A stretch of DNA of 64,000 nucleotides from an uncultured Marinoscillum sp. (GTDB lineage: Bacteria; Bacteroidota; Bacteroidia; Cytophagales; MED-G16). The stretch is from positions 97,072-161,071 of the forward strand of contig CAZGPH010000002.1 in NCBI GenBank assembly GCA_964527965.1, in the 5' to 3' direction. The position numbers and the translations under genes are program-made. Positions 48,827 to 57,810 of the stretch are shown here, piece by piece (within the stretch, counting starts at the first letter, position 1; each line of letters opens with the position of its first letter). The notes beneath the pieces were generated by a model. That model had not been told where the DNA came from and did no database searches. It saw nothing but the letters and a program-made list of their open reading frames with translations.

Positions 48827-49588
48827 ATGTTGTCAGTAAAAAGATTAAATCTTGACTCATCTTGGCATGTAAGTTATAATGGGACTAATTTTATTGTTGA
48901 CCCTTGGTTAATTGGTTCTGAAATAGATGGCTTCAAATGGTTAAATGAACAATGGCACATAAAAGAACCCGTTAAAATTACTGAATTACCTGATTATAAT
49001 TTTATTCTTATATCTCAAAGTTATGAAGACCATTGCCACATAAAAACATTAAAAAAAATATCAGAAAACAAAACACTAATTGCTACTGAAAAAGCCTACA
49101 ATAAATTAAAAAAAGAATTCCCAAAACGTAAAATAATTCTATTAGAAGATAATAAGGTTATATCTCACGAAGGCTTAAATTTTATATCACTAAGACCAAA
49201 TAAAATTCTTGATCCAGTATATTATTCGGTAGTAATAGAAAATAATAATGAAGCAATATTTTATGCGCCTCATGGATTCACCTTGAACAACCAACAGCTT
49301 GATTTAGTTAATAAGAATAAGATTAAGCTTCTTATTACTACTTTCACAGAATTTGAGATTCCAAAAATAATGGGAGGAAAAGTTAATCCGGGAATGGAAA
49401 ATGTTTATGAGCTGTACAATCAAATAAAACCTGTAAATACAATCAATACCCATGATGAAGAAAAAAAAGCAAAGGGGCTTGTCTCATCTCTTGCAAAAAT
49501 AAAATATGCAGACTTTGATAAAATTGAGTCCAAAAATTCAATTAATTTTATAAGAATTGATAATTACTCAAAAAAAATAATCACGTGA
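48827..49588 (+). CDS. MBL-fold metallo-hydrolase-like protein
   Basis: 253 aa. ILISQSYEDHCH resembles a variant HxHxDH motif of the MBL fold, with later HG and NTHD histidines. Low specificity. Confidence 0.6.
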   Translation: MLSVKRLNLDSSWHVSYNGTNFIVDPWLIGSEIDGFKWLNEQWHIKEPVKITELPDYNFILISQSYEDHCHIKTLKKISENKTLIATEKAYNKLKKEFPKRKIILLEDNKVISHEGLNFISLRPNKILDPVYYSVVIENNNEAIFYAPHGFTLNNQQLDLVNKNKIKLLITTFTEFEIPKIMGGKVNPGMENVYELYNQIKPVNTINTHDEEKKAKGLVSSLAKIKYADFDKIESKNSINFIRIDNYSKKIIT

Positions 49589-49980
49589 TTTTTAATCTTA
49601 TAATATCTCTCATACTAATAAATATCAATGAAGATATTGAAAAAGAAAACTTAGTAGGTAACTGGGAAAGAGTTTGTTTAGAGAATGAAGCATTAGGTTT
49701 TAAAATTTCTCATTGTAATTTCTTTGGAGATAGAGAAATGTTTATAAATGAATGGAACTATATAGAGATGACTTTTAAAAATGGTGAAAGAAGGTTTTAT
49801 GATTACAGTCTTGATGGTGACAAATTAAAAATATTTTATAAGTATAACGAGGAAATTGAAACTAATATCATAATAGATGGTGATACTTTAATAATTGAAT
49901 CTAAAGAAATATATAATGAGATGATGAATAGAAAATTTGAAGCGGAATATAATAGAGTATATTTTGTAAGAGATAATTAA
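49585..49980 (+). CDS. small lipocalin-like protein, hypothetical
   Basis: 131 aa. GTG start overlapping the upstream stop (GTGA). LVGNWERV ... IIDGDTLIIES pattern as in 47518..47835. Confidence 0.45.
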   Translation: MIFNLIISLILININEDIEKENLVGNWERVCLENEALGFKISHCNFFGDREMFINEWNYIEMTFKNGERRFYDYSLDGDKLKIFYKYNEEIETNIIIDGDTLIIESKEIYNEMMNRKFEAEYNRVYFVRDN

Positions 49981-50609
49981 ATTATTAGATACATCATCAG
50001 AAAATGACAAAAGGCTCCTAATAAAACAAAAACATGCCAAATCACATGATTAAACTTCATATTATCCATAGAATAAAATATAGTTCCAATTGTATACATA
50101 AACCCTCCAATAACCATTAGAGTTATAGCTTTTTCAGAAAAAGAGTTTAATACTGCATCAAAATCAATTACTATCAGCCACCCCATAAATAAATATATAA
50201 TTAAAGTTGCCCTTTCAAAATATTTAAAAAAAAATATTTTATGTATAATACCTATTATAGCAATTACCCAAATAATTATTAATATTTCATTACCCATACT
50301 ATACCCTAATTTTAAAATTAAAGGAGGAGTGTAAGATCCTGCAATTAGAAAATAAATACTTACATGATCCATTTTTTGTAAAAAGTAGGAATGTTTTGTG
50401 TCAATAAAATAATGATAGAGGGTAGATGAACCAAACATAAACATAAGAGAAAAACCATATATAATAGATGAAAATAATTTTTCATCTGAGGAATAGATTA
50501 AAGACTTATTAATTAAAAAAAAAGTTCCTAATACACTTAGCAATAAACCAAATCCATGAGTTTTATAATTTAACTTTTTCTCAAAATTTGATTCTATTCT
50601 AACACCCAA
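49977..50609 (-). CDS. hemolysin III / PAQR-family membrane protein
   Basis: 210 aa with 7 TM segments. STLYH, MDHVSIYFLIAGSYTP and HVIWHVFVLLGAFCHF motifs of the Hly-III family. Confidence 0.85.
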   Translation of the reverse strand: MGVRIESNFEKKLNYKTHGFGLLLSVLGTFFLINKSLIYSSDEKLFSSIIYGFSLMFMFGSSTLYHYFIDTKHSYFLQKMDHVSIYFLIAGSYTPPLILKLGYSMGNEILIIIWVIAIIGIIHKIFFFKYFERATLIIYLFMGWLIVIDFDAVLNSFSEKAITLMVIGGFMYTIGTIFYSMDNMKFNHVIWHVFVLLGAFCHFLMMYLII

Positions 50610-50673
50610 AATTTTACAGATAATTTGATAAAGTATTATTTATTGATTTATATATATTTAAATTATCAATCAA

Positions 50674-51846
50674 ATGAGAATTTATATAACTATTTTAATT
50701 CTATCAATATTTAATATTGAAATTTATGCTCAAGATAAAATTAGGGCAAGAGATTTAGGAATACCTTTTAATGGGAATCCAGGAAAATATAACTCTATAA
50801 CAGATATAGATGGTATTCTTGTAGGACATGAAACTATAATTGAGGGAGAGGGGAATCTCATAATCGGTAAAGGTCCTATTAGAACTGGAGTTACATCTAT
50901 ATTACCAAGAGGAATGGAATATGATCCTGTATTTGCTGGTTGGTACTCATTAAATGGAAATGGTGAAATGACAGGAACAACATGGGTTGAAGAGTCAGGT
51001 TTTTTAGAGGGTCCAATAATGATAACTAATACTCATAGTGTAGGGGTTGTTAGAGATGCAGTTATCGAATGGAGTTATAAAAATAATTTTTTTAAAACAT
51101 TATACAATATAGAAGATCTTTTTTGGGCATTACCAGTTGTAGCAGAGACATATGATGGATCACTAAATGACATTAATGGGTTTCATGTAAAAAAAGAACA
51201 TGCTTTTAAAGCACTAAATAATGCTAAAGGGGAAATAATTAGTGAGGGAAATGTCGGTGGGGGAACCGGTATGATTTGCCATGGATTTAAAGGAGGAATT
51301 GGCACATCATCAAGGGTAATATCTATACAAAATGAAGAATATACAGTTGGAGTATTGGTTCAGGCTAACTATGGAAATAGAGAAGATTTAACTATCGCAG
51401 GAGTACCTATAGGTAAAGAGATAAAAAATCTCCAACCAAAAATTACTTTTGGTGAAAAAAGAGAAGGATTAGGATCAATTATTGTAGTAGTAGCTACAGA
51501 TGCTCCACTTCTTCCAAATCAACTAAAAAGATTGGCAAGAAGAGTACCTGTTGGAATTTCTAAAGTAGGAGGTTTTGGATCAAACGGTTCTGGAGATATT
51601 TTTATTGCTTTCTCTACTGCAAATCCCGAAGCATATAATAGAGAAGAAATAAAAAAAATTAGTTTTTTACCTAACGATCTAATGAACCCTTTCTTAAAAG
51701 CTACTGCTCAAGCAACAGAGGAAGCAATAATCAATGCATTAGTTTCTGCTGATACAATGACTGGAATAAATAATAATACTGTGTACAATTTACCACATGA
51801 TGAGCTAAAAAAAATATTAAAAAAGTATAATAGGATTTATGAATAA
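50674..51846 (+). CDS. exported P1/S58-family peptidase (DmpA/BapA-type aminopeptidase)
   Basis: 390 aa. Signal peptide MRIYITILILSIFNIEIYAQ. RARDLGIPFNGNPGKYNSITDIDGILVGH...IRTGVTSILP and GNVGGGTGM...GGIGTSS match the DmpA-family pattern. Confidence 0.8.
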   Translation: MRIYITILILSIFNIEIYAQDKIRARDLGIPFNGNPGKYNSITDIDGILVGHETIIEGEGNLIIGKGPIRTGVTSILPRGMEYDPVFAGWYSLNGNGEMTGTTWVEESGFLEGPIMITNTHSVGVVRDAVIEWSYKNNFFKTLYNIEDLFWALPVVAETYDGSLNDINGFHVKKEHAFKALNNAKGEIISEGNVGGGTGMICHGFKGGIGTSSRVISIQNEEYTVGVLVQANYGNREDLTIAGVPIGKEIKNLQPKITFGEKREGLGSIIVVVATDAPLLPNQLKRLARRVPVGISKVGGFGSNGSGDIFIAFSTANPEAYNREEIKKISFLPNDLMNPFLKATAQATEEAIINALVSADTMTGINNNTVYNLPHDELKKILKKYNRIYE

Positions 51847-53290
51847 AAAAATAGAAAATTTTATAGGTGGAAAATTTTATAAGTCTCAAAATAATACAAT
51901 ATCTATTTATAATCCGCAAGAAGGTAAAATAATAGCTGAAGTTATTGACTCAACTAATGACGATTTAGATTTAGCAATTAAATCTGCTAAATCTGCATAT
52001 GAAAGCTGGTCAAAGTATACTCTAAAAGAAAGAGCTGAAGTTTTTTATGAGTTTAGAAATCAATTAATTAATAATTTAGATTCTCTCTCAAAATCTATTG
52101 TTGATGAAAATGGCAAGACTCTAGATGAAGCTAAAGCTGAGGTTTTAAAAGGAATCGAACTTACAGAATTTGCATGCTCAATGCCACAAATTATTAATGA
52201 TGAAATACAAGAAGTTAGTAAAGGCGTAGAATGTAGGTCATCACATGAATCAATCGGTTTAGTAGCATCTATAGCTCCATTTAATTTCCCAATTATGGTG
52301 CCAATGTGGACAATTCCAAATGCCTTAATATTAGGAAATTGTATGATTTTTAAACCATCTGAACAAACACCTATAGGAGTATCCAAAATTGCTGAATTAT
52401 TAAAGTTATCTGGTTTACCTGATGGTGTTTTTAATGTCATAAATGGAGATAAAAAAATTGTTGAAGCAATATGTGAAAGTGAAGATATTTCTGCTGTTTC
52501 ATTTGTTGGATCAACTAAAATAGCCAAATTAGTTTATCAATTATCAACTCAAAATTTAAAAAGATGCATTGCATTAGGAGGAGCTAAGAATCATTTGATT
52601 GTCTTACCTGATGCTGATAAAGATATGGCTTCAGATGATATTCTTGCTTCAATGTCTGGATGCTCTGGACAGAGGTGCATGGCAGCATCAGCTATGGTTG
52701 GAGTTGGTGAAGTTCAAGAGGTTATAGATATGCTGGTGACAAAAGCTAAAAAAATGATTCCAGGAAAAAATTTAGGATCAGTTATATCAAAAGAAGCACA
52801 AAAAAGGATTGAGAATTACATTGATGAAGCTGAAAAAGAAGGTGCAAAAATTATTTTAGATGGAAGAGGAACAAAAGTAAAAGGAAAAGAAAATGGATAT
52901 TTTATTGGCCCAACAATATTAGATTATGTTTCTCCAAAAATGAAGATTGCAAGGGAAGAGGTGTTTGGACCTGTTCTATCAATAATGAGAACTAATGAAA
53001 TTGATGAAGCAATAAAAATTGAAAATAAATCTAGATATGGAAATGCTTCATCTGTTTATACTCAAGATGGTAAATTAGCAGATTATGTAACTAGTCAAGT
53101 TAGTGCTGGTATGGTTGGAATAAATATTGGAGTTCCTGTTCCAAGAGAACCATTCTCATTTGGAGGATGGAATGAATCAAGATTTGGTGTAGGGGATATT
53201 ACTGGAAAAAGTTCTATAAATTTTTGGACCAGGCTCAAAAAGAGAACAACAAAATGGAACAAAGGAGCTAAAAAAAATTGGATGAGTTAA
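51839..53290 (+). CDS. mmsA: CoA-acylating (methyl)malonate-semialdehyde dehydrogenase
   Basis: 483 aa ALDH. MmsA-specific features: FNFPIMVPMW, GGAKNH in place of the usual ELGGK general-base segment, and the catalytic Cys in SGQRCMA. Confidence 0.85.
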   Translation: MNKKIENFIGGKFYKSQNNTISIYNPQEGKIIAEVIDSTNDDLDLAIKSAKSAYESWSKYTLKERAEVFYEFRNQLINNLDSLSKSIVDENGKTLDEAKAEVLKGIELTEFACSMPQIINDEIQEVSKGVECRSSHESIGLVASIAPFNFPIMVPMWTIPNALILGNCMIFKPSEQTPIGVSKIAELLKLSGLPDGVFNVINGDKKIVEAICESEDISAVSFVGSTKIAKLVYQLSTQNLKRCIALGGAKNHLIVLPDADKDMASDDILASMSGCSGQRCMAASAMVGVGEVQEVIDMLVTKAKKMIPGKNLGSVISKEAQKRIENYIDEAEKEGAKIILDGRGTKVKGKENGYFIGPTILDYVSPKMKIAREEVFGPVLSIMRTNEIDEAIKIENKSRYGNASSVYTQDGKLADYVTSQVSAGMVGINIGVPVPREPFSFGGWNESRFGVGDITGKSSINFWTRLKKRTTKWNKGAKKNWMS

Positions 53291-53293
53291 GAT

Positions 53294-54619
53294 ATGGATA
53301 CAAAAAAATATAATCTAGATAATACAATCTTTGCTTGGTCTAATCAAAAAGGGCTCGACCCTATCCACGTTAAAAAAGCAGAAGGGGTTCATCTTTATGA
53401 TGAGAATGATAAAAGATACATAGACTTCTCATCACAGCTAATGAATGTAAATATTGGACACGGTAGACAAGAAGTAACAGAAGCCGTAAAAAGACAGATG
53501 GAAAAATTAAGTTACGTTTGTCCTCCCTTTACAACTGACTCAAGAGGAATACTAGGTAAGAAACTTGCAGATATTACCCCTAATAATATCAATAAAACTT
53601 TCTTTACGCTTGGTGGTGCTGAATCAAATGAAAATGCTATAATTCTTGCAAGGCTTTATACTCAAAAACATAAAATAATAACTCACTACAGATCATATCA
53701 TGGTGCTACAATTGGATCTGTTTCAGCAGGTGGAGATCCTAGAAAAAATGAAATTGATAGCCAACAGGTACCTAACTTCATTCATGTAGAAAACCCTTAT
53801 TATTACAGGTGCCCATGGTATTCAAGTAGCTTTGAAGAATGTGGAGAGAGGGCAATTAAAAATTTAGAGAAGACAATTAACTATGAAGGACCAAACAATA
53901 TTGCTGCAATTATGATGGAAGGAGAATCTGGGACCTCAGGATGTATAAAATATCCTCCACTCTACTTAAAGAAAGTTGAGGAGTTATGTAAAAAATATAA
54001 TCTCTTGTTGATCATTGACGAAGTTATGAGTGGATTTTGTAGAACTGGAGAATGGTTTGGATTTGATAATCATTCTATAAAACCTGATATAATTAGCATA
54101 GCAAAAGGAGTTACTTCCGGTTATATTCCATTAGGTGGAATTATGGTGTCTGATGATATTATTAATTCCTTTGATGATAAAGTTTTACCATTAGGACTCA
54201 CTTATTCTGCTCACTCAGTGGCTTGTGCTGCTGCAGTTGCTGTTCTCGAAATTTATGAGAATGAAAATATTATTGAAAATGTTAAAAAAATTGGAAATTA
54301 TACTGATAAGAAAATTGAAAAATTAATGGAAAACCACCCTTCATTTGGAGATTGGAGAAATACAGGGATGTTAGGCTGCATTGAACTTGTTAAAAATAAA
54401 AAAAATAAAGACCCTTTAGCACCATTTAATGCAAACCCTAAGCAAATGAAAGATATGAATAAAGTGATTAAGGTATTAAGAGAAGAAGGGATGTTCACAT
54501 ATACAAAATGGAATTATATTTTTATTGCTCCTCCACTTATATCAACTAAAGATGATATTGATGAAGGAATTGAAATAATATCAAAAGCACTAAAAGTAGC
54601 AGATGAATTTTGTTATTAG
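53294..54619 (+). CDS. class-III (omega-amino acid:pyruvate type) aminotransferase
   Basis: 441 aa. GGAESNENA, IIDEVMSGFCRTG and the PLP-lysine context DIISIAKGVTSGY. Confidence 0.85.
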   Translation: MDTKKYNLDNTIFAWSNQKGLDPIHVKKAEGVHLYDENDKRYIDFSSQLMNVNIGHGRQEVTEAVKRQMEKLSYVCPPFTTDSRGILGKKLADITPNNINKTFFTLGGAESNENAIILARLYTQKHKIITHYRSYHGATIGSVSAGGDPRKNEIDSQQVPNFIHVENPYYYRCPWYSSSFEECGERAIKNLEKTINYEGPNNIAAIMMEGESGTSGCIKYPPLYLKKVEELCKKYNLLLIIDEVMSGFCRTGEWFGFDNHSIKPDIISIAKGVTSGYIPLGGIMVSDDIINSFDDKVLPLGLTYSAHSVACAAAVAVLEIYENENIIENVKKIGNYTDKKIEKLMENHPSFGDWRNTGMLGCIELVKNKKNKDPLAPFNANPKQMKDMNKVIKVLREEGMFTYTKWNYIFIAPPLISTKDDIDEGIEIISKALKVADEFCY

Positions 54620-54625
54620 AAAGTA

Positions 54626-56137
54626 ATGGAGATTAAACTAATTATTTTATTTCTCTATTTTCTGATCCTATTTTTTATAGGATGGCAATCATCTAAAAGA
54701 ATTAAAGACATTAAAGATTATTATGTTGGTGGTAAGAAGTTAGGATTTTGGGTAGTAGCTTTTTCTACAAGAGCAACAGGTGAATCAGCCTGGCTATTGC
54801 TTGGTTTAACTGGCCTTGGAGCTATGGTAGGTGTTAGTGCTTTCTGGGTTGTGTTAGGTGAAGTATTAGGGGTTTTTGGTGCATGGTTCTTTATGGCTAA
54901 AAAATTTAAAAAACTTTCTGACAAGTATAAATCTATAACAATTACTGATTATTTAGTAAGAAGACTTGGTTCAAAAACTAATCATCTTAGATATTTATCT
55001 TCCATCTTTCTCACCTTTTTTATAATTATATATGTAAGTGCTCAAATTGATGCAACTGGATCAGCATTTGAAGCATTTATGAATTGGAATTATTTTTTTG
55101 GAGCAATTATAGGTTACATAATTGTGTTAGCTTATGTTGTTTTTGGTGGATTTATAGCTGTAGCATGGTCAGATTTAATTCAAGGTAGTCTTATGTTCAT
55201 GGCATTGATAATATTACCATTAATAGGTTATGCAACTTTTGATGGAGATTTTATGATGATAGACGGGTTAAAAGATATTGATGATGGACTTATTTCTATA
55301 TGGGGTAAAGGAGGATTTAATTCAATTAACCTCTCCACTATTATTGGATATTTATGTATAGGGTTGGCATTTTTAGGTTCCCCTCAAATTTTTGTGAGAT
55401 TTATGTCTATAAAAAATGAAACTGAAATAAATAAGGGAAGATGGGTGGCAGTTATATTTACTCTAATTACTGATTCATGTGCTGTATTAATTGGTATGAT
55501 GGCTAGATATTTTTTTACTGAAAATGGATTAGACGTTGAACAAATACTTGGTAATAATGGACAAAATTCTTTAATTATAATGGTAGAAAGCCTTTTGCCA
55601 TTATTATTTATTGGCTTCTATATGGCAGTAGTCCTTGCTGCTATAATGTCGACAGTTGACTCGCTTTTAGTACTTGCCTCAAGTGCATTCGCAAGAGATA
55701 TATATCAAAATGTTTTTAATCCAAAAATTAATATTACCAAATTAACATTTATATCTAAAATCACAACTTTTGCAATGGCTTCAGTTGCTTTAATCGTTGC
55801 TATTTCAGTTGCAAACTTGACTCCTGAAAGAACTATATTTTGGTTTGTATTAGTAGGTTTTCATGGAATTGCAGCAAGTTTTTGTCCTACTATAATACTT
55901 TCCTTATTCTGGAGGGGTTTATCAGAAACAGGAGCTATTGCTTCAATGATAATAGGGTTTCTTGGTGTATTAATTTTCAAATTTGTTATTCCAAATTTTG
56001 AGCCATACGGAATATATTTTAATAATATAGCTGAACTAGCACCTGCTATGATATTAGGTTTATTAGCAGGATATATATTTTCAAAGCTTTACCCCAATCC
56101 TGAATTAGAAAGAGAATTTGATGAATTATATAAATAA
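54626..56137 (+). CDS. sodium:solute symporter (SSS family, PutP-like)
   Basis: 503 aa with about 13 TM segments. YYVGGKKLG...ATGESAWLLLGLTG resembles the PutP N-terminal signature. Confidence 0.85.
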   Translation: MEIKLIILFLYFLILFFIGWQSSKRIKDIKDYYVGGKKLGFWVVAFSTRATGESAWLLLGLTGLGAMVGVSAFWVVLGEVLGVFGAWFFMAKKFKKLSDKYKSITITDYLVRRLGSKTNHLRYLSSIFLTFFIIIYVSAQIDATGSAFEAFMNWNYFFGAIIGYIIVLAYVVFGGFIAVAWSDLIQGSLMFMALIILPLIGYATFDGDFMMIDGLKDIDDGLISIWGKGGFNSINLSTIIGYLCIGLAFLGSPQIFVRFMSIKNETEINKGRWVAVIFTLITDSCAVLIGMMARYFFTENGLDVEQILGNNGQNSLIIMVESLLPLLFIGFYMAVVLAAIMSTVDSLLVLASSAFARDIYQNVFNPKINITKLTFISKITTFAMASVALIVAISVANLTPERTIFWFVLVGFHGIAASFCPTIILSLFWRGLSETGAIASMIIGFLGVLIFKFVIPNFEPYGIYFNNIAELAPAMILGLLAGYIFSKLYPNPELEREFDELYK

Positions 56138-56154
56138 ATATTATATTTAATAAA

Positions 56155-57810
56155 ATGAAAAAGTTTAGTAGAAGAGAGTTTGTTGCTTCATTAGGTCCTC
56201 TTGCCATGATGTCATGTTATTCAGAAAAAGCTGATACTATTTTATATAACGCGAAAATAATAACCGTTAACCCTGACCAACCCACTGCAGAAGCTATTGC
56301 CATAAGTGGAGATAAAATTATTGCAATTGGAAGCAATAATGATGTGATGAATCTTGCATCTACATATACCAAAAAAATTGATGTTGAAGGGAATGTCATG
56401 ACTCCTGGTTTTATTGATGCCCACTCCCACCCTGCTGGTGCCGGAAGATCTCACCTTAGAAAGGTTGATTGTGACCTTAGATCCATAAGTGAGATTCAAG
56501 ATGCAATCTTTAAAAGATCAAAAAATACTCCCAAAGGAGAATGGATCAGCGGGTTTAAATACGATGACACAAAGACAAAAGAAAAAAGATTTATTAACAA
56601 TAAAGACTTAGATGAGGTTGCTCCTGATCACCCAGTAATTATAACTCACAGAGGAGGTCATACCGCATATGTAAACTCAATGGCTCTTAAACTATCAGGA
56701 ATTGATGAGAATACACCTAATCCAGAGGGAGGAAGTATAGAAAGAGATCAAGTCTCAGGAAAAATAAATGGTAGACTACTTGAAAGCGCAACATATCTTG
56801 TTGAAAAATTAATTCCAAATGAATTTACTAGAGCTGACTATCAAGCGGGGGCAAAATTGATTTCTGAAATGCTATCTAAATCTGGAATAACCTCAGTAAC
56901 TGATGCTGGAACTGGAGTAAGATCACTACAGAGTTACCAAGACGCGTATTCTAGTGGAGAACTTAAAACAAGAATTTATTGTATGATAAGAGGTTATGCA
57001 TTTGATGAAGTTAACGACTCTGGTAAAAAAACAGGCCATGGGGATGAATGGGTAAGAATTGGTGCATTAAAGTTAGCATGTGATGGGTCAATTTCTGAAA
57101 GAACAGCAAGACTTTCTGAACCATATATTGGTAGACCAAATGATTATGGCATAATAGTCCACGACGAGGAACATCTATATGAAGAAGCTCTTAAGGCACA
57201 CTTAAATGATTGGCAGATTGGGATTCACGCTAATGGAGATGTTGGTATAGATATAGCTTTAAAAGTTTATGAGAGGTTACAAAAAGAAAAATTTAGAGAA
57301 GATCCAAGGTTTAGATTAGAACACTGTACGGTGATTAATAAATCCTTGATAGAGAGGATAAAGGCTTTAAATGCAATACCAAATCCTTTTTCAACATATG
57401 TATACTTCCATGGAGAAAAAATGAAAGAATATGGTAAAAAAAGACTTGAAAACATGTTTGCTGTAAGAAGTTTTCTTGATGCTGGTATTAATGTCACCCA
57501 AACATCTGATTATCCTCCCGGACCTTATGAGCCAATGATGGCAATTCAATCTAGTGTAACTAGGACTGATTATACTGGAGAAGTATGGGGTCCAAGTCAG
57601 AAAATAAGTGTTGAGGAAGCAATTAAAGTTGCTACAATTAATGGTGCTTACGCATCATATGAAGAAAATATTAAGGGTTCTCTAGAGATTGGCAAGTTAG
57701 CTGATTTAGTTATTTTGGGACAAAATCCGATGAAAATTGACCCAATGAAAATTATTGATATACCAATTGAGAGAACAATGGTTGGAGGAAAATGGTCCTA
57801 TGAATCTTAA
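56155..57810 (+). CDS. exported Amidohydro_3 (YtcJ-like) metal-dependent amidohydrolase
   Basis: 551 aa. N-terminus SRREFVASLGPLAMMSC (Tat-like RR plus lipobox). GFIDAHSHP metal motif, HANGD, and a C-terminal LADLVILGQNP motif. Confidence 0.8.
   Translation: MKKFSRREFVASLGPLAMMSCYSEKADTILYNAKIITVNPDQPTAEAIAISGDKIIAIGSNNDVMNLASTYTKKIDVEGNVMTPGFIDAHSHPAGAGRSHLRKVDCDLRSISEIQDAIFKRSKNTPKGEWISGFKYDDTKTKEKRFINNKDLDEVAPDHPVIITHRGGHTAYVNSMALKLSGIDENTPNPEGGSIERDQVSGKINGRLLESATYLVEKLIPNEFTRADYQAGAKLISEMLSKSGITSVTDAGTGVRSLQSYQDAYSSGELKTRIYCMIRGYAFDEVNDSGKKTGHGDEWVRIGALKLACDGSISERTARLSEPYIGRPNDYGIIVHDEEHLYEEALKAHLNDWQIGIHANGDVGIDIALKVYERLQKEKFREDPRFRLEHCTVINKSLIERIKALNAIPNPFSTYVYFHGEKMKEYGKKRLENMFAVRSFLDAGINVTQTSDYPPGPYEPMMAIQSSVTRTDYTGEVWGPSQKISVEEAIKVATINGAYASYEENIKGSLEIGKLADLVILGQNPMKIDPMKIIDIPIERTMVGGKWSYES

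Noticed and set aside
57755-57799. Extended start of the BNR protein (MIYQLREQWLEENGP)
   Set aside because: It overlaps the amidohydrolase C-terminus. The ATG at 57800 begins a canonical signal peptide.
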